A DNA stretch of 64,000 nt. Source: Psilocybe cubensis (taxonomy: Eukaryota). The position numbers and the translations under genes are program-made. The stretch spans positions 2,046,001 through 2,110,000 of the forward strand of contig CM039009.1 in assembly GCA_017499595.2 (NCBI GenBank), written 5' to 3'. Every line of letters begins with the position of its first letter. Positions within the stretch are counted from its first letter, which is position 1. The notes under the pieces are model-generated. The model searched no databases and had not been told where the DNA came from. It saw nothing but the letters and a program-made list of their open reading frames with translations. Positions 51,801 to 63,261 of the stretch are shown one piece after another.

Positions 51801-53065
51801 CATCGGCAGGCATACTCTGTTCCATTGACGACATATTGGTCATACCACCGAGACTAGGTAATTGGAAGCCAGTGATCGTCCTACGAGCCTCTTCGCTTTT
51901 GCGACCTCCCTCCTTCTCTTTGTCGTTACCCTTAACTTCCGTGCCCTTTGGTTTATCGCTCGTTTCTGAATCCTTTGACGTGGCTTTCTCGATGTCGTAT
52001 TGGTGTTTATACATAGCGTCAGGCGTGTCTCCGTCTTGAGTGCTTTCGTCCGAGCTCTTGCGCTTGAGTCCTTGCATTAGTTTGCGACGGCCTCCCAGCT
52101 TCGTAGGGCGAGTGACGTTCTTCTCATCTTCACTTTCCGTGTCAGAATCCGTATCTCCCATCCCGACTCGCTCTCGCAGGCGCTGAGTGAGGCCACGTTT
52201 TACGGCTTTCTTTACTGAAGCAGCCTGTACAATAATCAATTACTTTGAAAGTAACATTGATTAATAAATGCCTTACTTTCTCAACGCTGAACCGACTGAC
52301 AATGGCCATGTGGCTTCGTCCTTCTTGGAATTTATCCAGGATGCCTAACAAAGGTTCGTTGTTCGGAACAAAAGGGACCTTGTTCAACGGTATCTTGCGC
52401 AAGGGAGTAGCCTCTGAAATGTCGATTAATGACCACCGACGACAGTGCGTACTTTGAATCGTACCTTTAGGGTCAAGCAATACACATTGTTTGACAAGTA
52501 GAATGCCGATGATTTTCTTGACCTTCAGAGTTCTCTGCCCTGGTTTGTGGCTATCGTCCTCGATTTCATCGGCGCCAGCAACCACCGATACGGGCACGTC
52601 AACTTCTTCATAAACGGGTACACGACTGTGGCCCGTTTGGCATATCTTCTTCAATAATGCGTAATCGAGCTTTGAGTCAATCGACAGCATGAATACATCC
52701 TTGATGGGGGTCATGGCCTGTAATGAAAGCATTCAATAGACCTCCTATTGCTCATTTCAACCGCTACTCACTTGCTTGACCACCTTTTCTTGAAGGTCTA
52801 GCGTGGCGCCAATGATCGTGACGGTGTCGGTCTTAAGGTCTCCGCCGTGCGTTGCGTGAGACGAATGCATGGCAATAAGCTCTTTAAGCTCTTCATAACG
52901 AAACCTATTCAATACCAATCTATCTTTTATGAAAACGAAAGTTTACTGACCTGCTCGGCGGTAGATGATGCCGTGATGGGGCCCGAGTACAAGTTCAACA
53001 GAGACAATGTCCAGTTCCAGTTATCAGAGCGTCTTCATTAGAAAAAAATTCGAACATAAACACAC

Positions 53066-53131
53066 CTGCAGTTTGTGTCAATGAGCTCACAGCAAATTTA
53101 CTTGCAGAATAATGTGCGAAGAAGGGTACGC
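53066..53131 (-). pseudogene. Orphan catalytic exon of SDR-A (GVPFFAHYSASKFAVSSLTQTA)
   Basis: 66-nt exon with TAG acceptor and GTGTGT donor. It carries the YxxxK motif and is phase-compatible with the exon starting at 55116. Confidence 0.85.
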
Positions 53132-53190
53132 CTAGAGAAAAAGAAGAACCAATTTCCACCGTCAGTCAATCCCCCAGGGGGTGTGAGTGG

Positions 53191-54343
53191 TAATCCTCCG
53201 ATGTCTTCCGGAGTTCCATTAAATCCTAGAGCTGTTGCGATTCCTGGCTGTCATCAAAGATGTGTCAGATTGCGCATAAGCATAAATCATCTGGTTCAAT
53301 GCCTGACAATTTCCCCGGTTTGATTTGGGACTAATTCTCTCAATGCCTTTCTCACTACATTGAAGAACAATATCCAACTTAGCCGTTTGGTCGCTAACTA
53401 AAATTTCCAGTGACCTACTCATATCAGTTTCGATTGGCCCGGGAGCATAGGCATTGACTGTGATGCCATACTTTGCCCATTCTCGAGCCCCAGTTTGAGT
53501 CAGAGAGGTGACAGCAAACTTGCTCGCGGAGTAAGAGCAAGAATTGGGTAGTCCTGAGGGGTTATATTACGTTAAGTGATACCGAAGCCCATATAAGGAC
53601 ACAAATTAATATGATCACCTTGCTTTCCCGCCAGAGAGGACGCGCCGATGATCCTCCCTCCTCTTTTTTGCTTTATCATTTGCTCTGCAGCATATTTGTA
53701 GCACAGAAATGTTCCGCGACCGTTGACACCCAATACGTTTTCCCAATCATTTGTGGTGGCTGCCATTCAAATCGTTTCGGAAATCTATGAGAGGGAAGCA
53801 AAAATATGCTGGAGAACGTACTGTCGAGTATTGATTTGTAAACAGCTATCCCAGCGTTTGCGACCATCTAGGTATAGGTTTTAAGCTTGATACCAAATTG
53901 AGGAATCCATTGGATCGTCGACTTACAACATCAACGCTTCCAAGTACATCCACAGCACCATCCACGACACGCCTCACGTCTATATCTAACGATACATCAC
54001 CTGTGAGAGCGACAGCCTTCCTCCCCATCTCCTCTCGGATCGTTTTACATAGCTCGTTTACTGACGACGCCATGGAGTGTATGTCATTGACAGCAATGTC
54101 GTACCCATCGTGTGCAAGTTGAAGTGCGACTGCCCTCCCTATTCCTTTCCCCGCACCAGTCACCACTGCCACTCGATGAAGGCTTGGCAAATTTCGAAGT
54201 GTAGAATATGCAGCCGCAGTATGTGTACTTTGGAACGAATTTGGTCGGCACTTGCCATCGAGTTTTCCAAGCTGACGTGCAGTTCGAATGGAGAGCCGGG
54301 AAATAGGTTTGCCTATCATCAAGTGTATTTGAGAGGTGGACAT
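53191..54343 (-). pseudogene. SDR-B (acetoin/diacetyl reductase-like short-chain dehydrogenase), 3'-truncated after GTPEDIGGL
   Basis: TGAGKGIG, MVANAGI, GRIIGASSLAGKQG, YSASKFAV and VNAYAPGPIETDM are present. The expected VSYL...TGQ...DGG C-terminus is absent. Confidence 0.85.
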
Positions 54344-54643
54344 GCTATGCACCGTAGCTGGTTAGGTTGAAGAATCGGTGGGGTGAGAAGTAGCTTGGTA
54401 ACTTGGATTCTGAAATGTTATATGTCTTATCTCGAGGAGTTCTCATGTGTCTGTGCAGATGTTCTCGAAGCTGAATGCCAAAGATATTTGAGGAACGTGA
54501 GCACTGAGCAATCTTGGGATTAATTTTAGGTCTGGAAGATGCTATCCACCGACGCCACAACATCTCTCTTTGCCATCAGAATAGCTACACTTGCACCGGG
54601 ATTCGTCGGTTCTCATGCATAAGTGTTCATTTCAGACTTTACA

Positions 54644-55116
54644 TCAACGGAAAATGACACCACCGTCAATTGTAAGCTATACAATCCGGTTGATTGAGAG
54701 AATGGTGGAGAATAGTCAGAAATTTATGAAAGAACAAAGCGCTGAAAGGATTTAGCACTTACAACTTGTCCAGTCATAAACCGCGCTCGATCCGAAACGA
54801 GGTAAGAGACCACTCCTGCAACATCTTCTGGCGTTCCTATAAATCCAACCGCAGTGGCAGAGGCGGAGGCAGGCTAGAAACATTATTAGTAAATGAGCAC
54901 GTATAATGCACCGAGGCATAGACAAATTTCAAATCTTACAACATCTTTGTTATAGTCAGGATTTATCTCTGCAAAAGTTGCAGCCTCTCTAGCTAAAGAA
55001 GTCCAATGTCAGGAAACAATCCCTTGATATATAAATCCTTTACTTACTCAAGTCGGTGTCAATAGGACCTGGAGCGTATGCATTGACATTAATACTGTAT
55101 TTTGCCCACTCTTGCG
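54644..55116 (-). pseudogene. SDR-A 3' half (4 exons), 5'-truncated
   Basis: AQEWAKYSINVNAYAPGPIDTDL, GTPEDVAGVVSYLVSDRARFMTGQV and LTIDGGVIFR*, with GT-AG introns. Confidence 0.85.
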
Positions 55117-56493
55117 CTGAATGAGCAATTTCGCAACTGGCCAAGCAATAATGGTCTGTGTAATAATTTCAGCGAAACGGGCCAAGTCAAAGAGACAATA
55201 TACGTTACCATTGCATAGATCAAGTATCTAGTAAAACCTGCCATTTTGGCACCCAAATATAAGCCATGGCGGGTGAAGAGAGACTGAGGAATGATTTCCG
55301 CGAATCTAAATCACATATCATAAGTATTTTAGTAATTAAATGGGCTTGATGGCATAAAAGCCTCAACCCAAGCATCTCATGGGGACGGGCAGGCCAAGAC
55401 GGATCGACCATGAGGTAGTCGCGTGACGTCATTAACTACACATTAAGAGGGAATAGAAAGTGTAACTTTGGTTTAGCGTCCAGAGATTATCGGCGTAGAA
55501 TCAAATTTTGATCCTCTCTTCTCCTAGCCGTTCCACCGACGGGGACAATGGCGACAATGGCAGACGTTGTGTCCAACAAGCAAGAAACTCACATGACGAT
55601 CAACACGGTGGATACGACGACACTCTGCACTCCACCCCCAAGGACAGGGTCTGCAATAACAGGCAGAGACTCGTTGACAATCATGTTGGCCAATAGCAGA
55701 GTAACGAGAAGGAGGTGCCCATTTTTGCGTATTGGCATAATCTTGTTGGCATACTTTCGCTGCTCACTAGAGTGCAATACCGTCAGTTCCCGGAAAGGGG
55801 TGTAGAGCGGATGTGACACGTACGGGGTTCCGCTAATACTGAGTACGTTGAGCTGAGTCTCATCAAGACTCATATAGCCCAATGTCAAACCGGCAAACAA
55901 ACCCGACAACAAAACAAGGATAGGGATGAGGACGACAAAGACAATATCTTTGGTTTGGTGCGGGTCGAACTTCTCGCGCTTGGCGAGCACAGCATTGCTG
56001 AGCTCGCCACTGGAGCGATGAAAGAAACGTGGCGCATGTTGTGCTGCAAGTGAGAATAGAATATATACAAGTCGGGAAGAATGGGAATTGCGCGCAGAGA
56101 TGGGAACAGGAACCATTCACGTTGGTGGGGAAAGAGGTGACAAGTGGCACTGCCCCAGGACTTCTCTAACCCATATACGTATCCACTTGTGCTGACAAAT
56201 AGAAATTGTCCCACAGTCATTGCCGTGCCACACGCGGAAAACAGACATAGCACAACATGTTCTACACGCCCTCGAGAGAAGAAAAGAACTCCAGTATGTA
56301 CAGTGATCTGGTAGGGGATCATTATAGAACCAGTTGGTTGAGATCCTCGATTGGAACTTCCCAAATCGGCGTGCTCCAAAGGAATTAGCTATGCGGATAT
56401 AGTACGGGACCCAAATGGTAGAGTTTGCAATGTAGTAGGCGCTCATCGCTCTAACGTTGAATGACCAAGCTAAAATATATACAAAGTACAAAA

Positions 56494-56588
56494 TACATCG
56501 GAGGGGAATCGAACCCCTGCCGCTTGCTGAGACAGGATTGAACATCCCAACTGGAAGGCAAGCATGATAACCACTTCACCACCGATGT
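56494..56588 (-). tRNA. tRNA-Gly(TCC) with 23-nt intron (56551-56529)
   Basis: Acceptor stem ACATCGG/CCGATGT, anticodon stem CTTGC/GCAAG with CT-TCC-A, T-loop GGTTCGATTCC and a downstream T-run. Confidence 0.92.
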
Positions 56589-56767
56589 GTTACGGTACAC
56601 GTTTCTATACACTAAATCTTCGCCCATGTGGTATGGAGTTCCCTTGGCGGGTTCTTAAAGCGCTTAATTCGGAAATTTTTCGTAAAATAGGCATGATACG
56701 ACAAGCCAAGGTACTCCTCTTGGCAGCAGTTCGATCATTATTCCGGAAGCAAATTGCCTTTACAAGT

Positions 56768-57936
56768 CTACACACATGACAACAATGCATTGTAGGTCCC
56801 ATCGATGTTGTCTTGCATAGGCTGTCAATTGTGGATAAGTTTGGATGGTACATGCCATTGCCAAAAACTTACAAAATGATTAGCTCCAGCCATGCTCTTC
56901 ACTATGACAGGCACTCCCGCCTTTTCAGTGATCGCTTCTATCTCCCACCCGGCCCAAACAATAGGCCAAGGGGTTTCTTCTCCATAGAGGACACTAAATA
57001 ATGTGTTCCCCCACTCCCGCCTGGTCTCCTCATTTAAGAACGTACGATCAAATAAAATTCTGCCAGGTTGGAAGGCCGGACCACCTGTTAGAGCATCGTC
57101 CCCACTTGGCCCACCTGTAACGTCGATTTTACTGAGCAATTGCTCCACTGAGAAATCGCTGTATGTCGCGGGCTTCAGTTGAGTGGTATTTTGATATATC
57201 AGCCTGGTACAATCCCGCTTGTGCAAGTCGGGATGAGGGAAGTATTGTGTTACCCATCCCACGAATGCCTGACCTCGCTGCTCCAGCGGTATCTCCTCGT
57301 CGTGAAGTAATACCCATCCTCCGGATGGTGGGTCTGGAAGTCCATGGTTCTGCGCGGGCAGATCTAAACGTCTTATGAGCCAGCTTTGCATTTCCAATTC
57401 CGATAATACGTACCCCACCAAATTAACCCTTTAATATGACGAACCAGTCGCGCCTTTGCGTCCACAGGAAATGTCGACATGGAACAAACCATTGCGCTCA
57501 GAAACGCTGCTCCCATTGACCATCCAGTGACGATGACCTCTTTCAGGTCGTGTTGTTGTATCATTTTGTCCACAAATGAGAGCAAATACTCTCCCTGCTT
57601 TAAATACGCTCCCACAACATCTGCAGGCGAGTCCGACTTAAACGCTTGTGTCTCCTCGATAGTATATGGAGTCGAGCCCGGATAAAGGCGACGGTCCGGC
57701 GCGATAAACCGGCATCCGAGTGACGATGCCGCTTCGACCATTGGAAGAAAGATCGCTACTCAAGTTTGTACATGAATTACACATGCATTTTGGCCAAAAT
57801 CAAGCTCACCGCTGTGAAATGTGTGGCCATGGATGGCGATGATGGTAATGTAGTTGGTCTTGCTCGCAGGCGCTCCTGAATCACGGTACGCAAACTCGAC
57901 ACCGTCGGCTATACGTGTTGTATACATAGAACTCAT
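56768..57936 (-). CDS. Alpha/beta-hydrolase fold protein, copy 1, 4 exons
   Basis: FAYRDSGAP, IHGHTFHS, APDRRLYPGST, nucleophile elbow GWSMG and GANHF. Confidence 0.85.
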
Positions 57937-58307
57937 TGAAGATGCACAATATCCAAAGAACAGAAGCTGAAGAAACAAACGGCTTAGCTGCACTACTGAC
58001 TCCTTATCTTATAAGGTTTTCAAAGGCATGTCGACGATTTTTGGTTGCCGGCTGTTATTTACGTCAATGTCAATGCTGATGCTGCGCCATACTCGCATAA
58101 ATATCTTCCGAGAAAGGGTCTAAATTGTATACAGTGTCAACACAATTTAGGGGGCTATTTAGCTTTGCAACGCGATAACGAAAGGAAAATTTGATCAGCT
58201 GCAAGGCACATATTCGTGTTACTAAGAGCAGTGTCATGGTCGGATCCTCCTCGAAATATTGTTCTTTTAGGCATCTCCATAGTATCTAAATTGACCAGAA
58301 ATATACG

Positions 58308-59512
58308 TCATACACGACCCTTGTCCATGCTTGCTTGTATACACTGTATGAAAGCATCGTATGTCCCAGCAACGTTATCCTGCATAGTCTGTAAATTGCG
58401 CATGAGATTAAACGGCATGAAGATATTTGCCAAAACCTTACAAAATGATTGGCTCCAGCAATGCTTTTGAAATAAACGGGCAATTCGGCCTTTTCAGTCA
58501 GCCTTTCAATCTCCCACACCGCCCACACAACATTCCAAGGGGATTCTTCTCCGTATAGAACACTGAACTGTATGTCCCCCCACTCCTTTCTCGTTTCCTT
58601 GTCCAAGAAAGTCCGCTCAAATAAAATTCGTCCAGGGACAAAATCCGAGGAACCAGAGACAGTATTATCGCCTCTTTGCCCAGCCGTAATGTCTATTTTG
58701 CCAAGAACTTCCTCAAAGGAAAAATTGCTGTATGTCGCAGGCTTTGTCTGTGTTGTGTTCTTGTAGATCAAATTGCTGCAGTCCTTCTCTTTGAGGTTGG
58801 CATGGGGGAAATACTGCATCACCCATTCCGCGAATACTTTCCCTCGAAGCTCTGGCGGAAGGTTCTGATCGAGAAGTGGTAGCCATCCTCCAGAGGGAGG
58901 ATCTCGAATCCCGTGAATTTGTGAAGGTGGATCTAAACTTGGAATTAGTAGAAATATTCCTATTATTATTATTGCAAATAGTGCGTACCCCACCAAATCA
59001 ATCCCTTGACGTGGCGACGAAGTCGAGCTTTTGCATCTGCAGCGAATGTCGGCATAGAACACACCGTTGCGCTTAGGAATCCTGAACCCATTGACCACCC
59101 AATAAGAATGACTTCATTGAGATCGTGTTCCTGTATCATGTTATCCACAAACGACAACAAATATCCTCCTTGCTGAGTCCAGGCCCTCTCTATCTCGTCT
59201 GGTGTCCCCGATTCCAAAGCTTCTACCTCTTGCTTTGTGTATGTTGTAGATCCTGGATAAAGGCGTCGGTTTGGTGCTATAACGCGATAGCCAACTGAAT
59301 GTGCAGCTTCTATCATAGGAAGGAATACAGCTGTTTGTAAAATGACTATTAGCGCTCTTCGTGGAAATGGATATGAGATACTCACCGCTGTGGAACGTGT
59401 GTCCGTGAATTATGATGCAGGTGCAGTAATCTTGTTTGTTTGGAGGTGCTCCAGAATCGCGGTATGCAAAGTCGACTCCATCGGCTACACGCGTCGTATA
59501 TGCTAAACTCAT
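58308..59512 (-). CDS. Alpha/beta-hydrolase fold protein, copy 2 (tandem paralogue), 4 exons
   Basis: Same motifs (GWSMG, GANHF) and intron positions as copy 1. Confidence 0.85.
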
Positions 59513-60353
59513 CGTCTTCTTGAAGTTAAATCAATCACCAGAGAGTGCTGTTTTTATACGCCTCAGGTGATCGGTAGGTGGGTAAGAAACCTTGATTTGC
59601 TCTGCTTCTTTTCAAAGGCTCTTGTTGATCATCAACGTCAACCCTGGATTGTATGATTAATATTCACGTCGGAAGCATTGAACAACACCATCGCTTACGC
59701 ACCCGTGCATGTAAAGGTATATATTACGGAAAACAATGCGTTCTTATTTGAATAACATATGGCGTTTCAAAAACATGGAACTGTTCGGTGGTTAGAATGC
59801 AGCAAAAGGGCTGATCGCTGTTATCTTACTCTATAAAGGTAAGTTTAAAACCTTCTCAGCAACAGAAGTCACCAATCATATCTTGTATTACAATCCCGGA
59901 TAAAAGCCAGTCGTTTTGTGGTGTGAGGTCCCGTCAACGCACGGAATTATCTGAAAGCCGGGTGCTATGGCTAGTTATTAATAGTGCACTCAGAGAGTGA
60001 GCTGTGTTTTTATGGAACGAATTTAGCAAAAAGTCTATGCACAACCTCGACGCATGTATATACCCCGTATAGAAGAAGTTCTGCAGCAATTATGACACCT
60101 CGCCAGCTTCATCTCGGAGTTGCCAAGTCGATGATTATCTGCTTGGATAGTTAGGGCGCTTCGGCCGCAGCAGACTTGTTGATGCTGTTGATTTCATGAG
60201 ATACACTAGAAGCCAAAACATTTGAAGCATAAACTTTCAAACGAGTCGAGCAAAAACCAGCACTGCATCACCAGAAGATCTCCAAAAACTCTAACAGTGT
60301 CAGGCATTATTTGCAAGTAGGATATGTAACGTTAAGTTCGCACGATTGACATG

Positions 60354-60472
60354 GGTGAGATGGCCGAGCGGTCTAAGGCGCCAGACTAAGGTACGACCAG
60401 GACATTTGATGTCCTCGCAGCTTCTGCGTAATCTGGTCTTTCGGGGCGTGGGTTCGAATCCCACTCTCATCA
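60354..60472 (+). tRNA. tRNA-Leu(AAG) with 39-nt intron (60392-60430)
   Basis: Acceptor GGTGAGA/TCTCATC, D arm TGGCCGAGCGGTCTAAGGC, anticodon stem CCAGA/TCTGG, long variable arm, GGTTCGAATCC and a T-run terminator. Confidence 0.93.
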
Positions 60473-60989
60473 TATCTTTTTCACATTTTCATCACTTGTT
60501 TTCAGTGTTATATCGGTCGTTTTAATCCATAAGCAGACTGGGTTTTCAGACATCTTTTATTTGCCAGTAATTTGAATTGCTGCGCAACATGAGGCTCATT
60601 TACTCATTGTTTGTGCTGCGCGCCTATCCTTCTTTTGTGTGGATTGATCAGTCGTGACGCCCGAATATAACATTTCATGGCTGTAAGCATCATAGCTTAG
60701 AGACAGGAAGCAGATATTTCTTGGTGATGCCAGTGAAATAACGTCGAATAGCTGCGCATCCGCAGGAAGAGTCGGGTATCTAAGGACTAGCCTGTGGACA
60801 AAAAATCAGTGATTATCTGGCAGTGATACTATAAAAGCGCAGCTAATCTATTAGGACTGGAAAACGCCTCTCTTAATCTTTCCCAGTTTCTGAGCTAAAA
60901 ACTTCTGTACGATGCCTTTTGCAAGAAAATTGAAAAACGGGACACTGATTGGTTTGGCCTCATGCTTCCCAGGTCCCTCAACTTTAGTT

Positions 60990-61517
60990 ATGTCTGTGTT
61001 TCCACCGCCCTCACTAGCACCTGAGGATAGAATCAACACAGGAGCCACCGTCGAGCCTCAAACCTCCGGTCAGCACCAACAAGACCGTAAATACGAAACC
61101 GACAGCCAACCACCAATACCAGCCACTCCTCCTCAAATATCACCGAGACTATTTGGTTCACCTGAATACTCACCACGCACAGGCGAAGGGCCCATCCACC
61201 TCGCACCCGACGTAGACGAAGAAAGGGGGCAAGCAGGAGCCCACAGCCGCTTCCGCTTCTGGCCCACTACCGGGCGGTTCGCCCTCCCTGATGCCCTGCG
61301 AACGGAGCCAGAAGATCGCGGTGCACTGGATAACATGCGCCGCGGTGCGGTGACGATCATTATCACACCCATAGCGTTCATAGGAATAGCGCTGTATTCG
61401 TGTGGGGTGATTATTGAGGGCGTGGCATTGTTGTTGAAAGGGTTTGGTGCACTGGGCGGAAGGATGCTTGCGCGTAGGCGCCAGCGATCCCAGGCTGGCG
61501 AGCCGCTTTGGGTCTAA
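60990..61517 (+). CDS. Hypothetical protein with C-terminal hydrophobic helix
   Basis: Single ORF with TATAAAA at about 60830 upstream and a hydrophobic segment IIITPIAFIGIALYSCGVIIEGVALLL. The start may be 60912. Confidence 0.55.
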   Translation: MSVFPPPSLAPEDRINTGATVEPQTSGQHQQDRKYETDSQPPIPATPPQISPRLFGSPEYSPRTGEGPIHLAPDVDEERGQAGAHSRFRFWPTTGRFALPDALRTEPEDRGALDNMRRGAVTIIITPIAFIGIALYSCGVIIEGVALLLKGFGALGGRMLARRRQRSQAGEPLWV

Positions 61518-61815
61518 CAGGCTGCAATAGTGTTGGTGTTTGAAGAGGTGTATTAGGATTCTACAGATTGTTTGGAGCCTACATTCAACGCTCGTTATTG
61601 ATTTGGAATCGCGCGCAGAATATTGCAACTCACAAGAAGGGATAAAAATGAGTTGCAATAGACTGGATGAACATAACTAGTACCAAGGAAAGGAGAACAA
61701 CAGACAATCAGACAATAAGGGTCACATTCGGAGACTAGCCTGCACGGACTATTTGAAAACTAGAAAACATAATCTTTCAAAAGTCTGGCGATATTTTACA
61801 ACAGTTGCATGATTA

Positions 61816-62879
61816 TCACTGTGTCTGAGCTCCATATCCTCTGATACCTTCGGCAAACGACCAAGAAGTCTCAAGATGCTTTGATTCCGAGATAGAGACT
61901 CCTGCGGCCGTAATGGTGGCCACTTGATACTGAAAAAAAGCATGAGAATTGAGTCGCAGATTGGAACTGAAAGAAGCACACCTTGTTCAAGCTACGAGCG
62001 TCGCGGTAGAAGAGAACCCTCATGCTGTTCTCGATGATAGCAAGAGCTTGCTCCTCCGTCAAAGTATCCTCGCGTCCTTCAACAGCTTCACGGAGTAAAG
62101 GTTGGGCGATATGACCACCGTAACCGGTTGCGAGTGTGGAAGCGGAATAGGTGGTGCCCAAAAGGTCAACATAAGAAAGGAATCTATTGAGAAAGAGTCA
62201 GAACAGAAATGTATTATATAGTGAAGTAACGCACTTCTTTCCATCCTTGACGCCTCCCACGAGGATTGAATTCCACAGCGGGTTCATCTTTGATCGTCGG
62301 GCGTACATCACTTGGGCGAGGTATTCATGGATTTCTGCAGGTCCAAGGCTATGACCATCTTGAGCGGTAAATTCGGAGATGGTGAGTTCGTCGAGAATGG
62401 TTTGCAGGTATTGGAAATCGGACATGTCCCCTCCAGCACCGATGACAGTGTGATCTCCAACAGGGTGAAGACGTCGCACGTCCTTGAAACGGGCCAGGGA
62501 TCCGTACGACGCTATATCACATGGGTCAGCATCTTTTTGACCCAATACAACTCACAGACGCACCAAGGTTGTCTGCTGCCATCATGATACCATCTTTATA
62601 CTTGATAGCCAAAACACTCGTTCCCGTTACGATTGGCTGCCTTAAACGTTTTTTGGTCATGAAAGCGAGTTGAAACAGTGTCAGAAGTCATACTGTGTTC
62701 GCTGTACACCCGCCGAAAATGCATCTTGGTCGTTTTTTGGCCGCGAGTGGATAGGATATGTTCCATACGCGTCAATGGCATCGTTACGCTGAACGAATCA
62801 TTACTTGTGAGAGTTTGACTCCATTATGACTTGTATGGATACTTACAGGTCGACCCCAGTTTGTTGGAAAGTGATCCAT
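61816..62879 (-). CDS. PRE4: 20S proteasome subunit beta-7, multi-exon
   Basis: QPIVTGTSVL, ASYGSLARFKDV, GDMSDFQ, MYARRSKMNPLWN, LATGYGGHIAQPLLR, VLFYRDARSLN and WSFAEGIRGYGAQTQ*. Confidence 0.95.
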
Positions 62880-63261
62880 GGGATAGAATTACGGATTTGA
62901 GATGAAAGGATTGTGAAGTCGTTGAAGAGGTCAATACAGAATCCAGGAGAACGCGCAAGCAGGACGCGTACTCCCAGTAGCTGACGTAACAGAGTCACGC
63001 ACAGATCGCTGACTCGATCTAATCTTATCAGTTGAACCACCTCCAACCACCTCCCAAGTCAAATCCCAAGATTCCCGGAGTTCACGGTGCGTAATGGCAA
63101 ATAACTACAGTAAATGTAAAATGGAACGATATTTAACTGGGAGAAGTCTTCTCGAATTTTTTCTTCCAGTGGCATAACTTGTGTAGTCAAAAACAGTATT
63201 TATGCAAGAAATGCGATAACTCTGATACAAGAAGAAAAATAGTAGGTATATCGAGCTTATT

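Larger units (their letters stand above)
52998..55123 (-). other. 2,126-bp circularly permuted insert derived from a tandem pair of SDR genes
   Basis: Removing it restores AAA TTG CTT GAA CTT (KLLEL) in MAM3. Joining its ends restores a 75-nt GT-AG intron between in-phase SDR exons. Confidence 0.85.
50390..56116 (-). pseudogene. MAM3: MAM3/CNNM (DUF21 + CBS pair) metal-homeostasis gene, interrupted in an exon by the 52998-55123 insert
   Basis: LSGLFAGLTLGYMSLD, GHLLLVTLLLANMIVNESLP, IFAEIIPQSL, WPVAKLL // ELVLGPHHGIIYRRAE, TGHSRVPVYE, FQEGRSHMAIV and EEIYDEFD. Read-through into the insert reaches TGA at 55050-55048. Confidence 0.85.

Noticed and set aside
52998-55123. SDR genes nested in a large MAM3 intron
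   Set aside because: The insert has no GT or GC at its 5' end and no AG at its 3' end on the MAM3 strand, and it splits a codon within a conserved exon. Both SDRs are also truncated.
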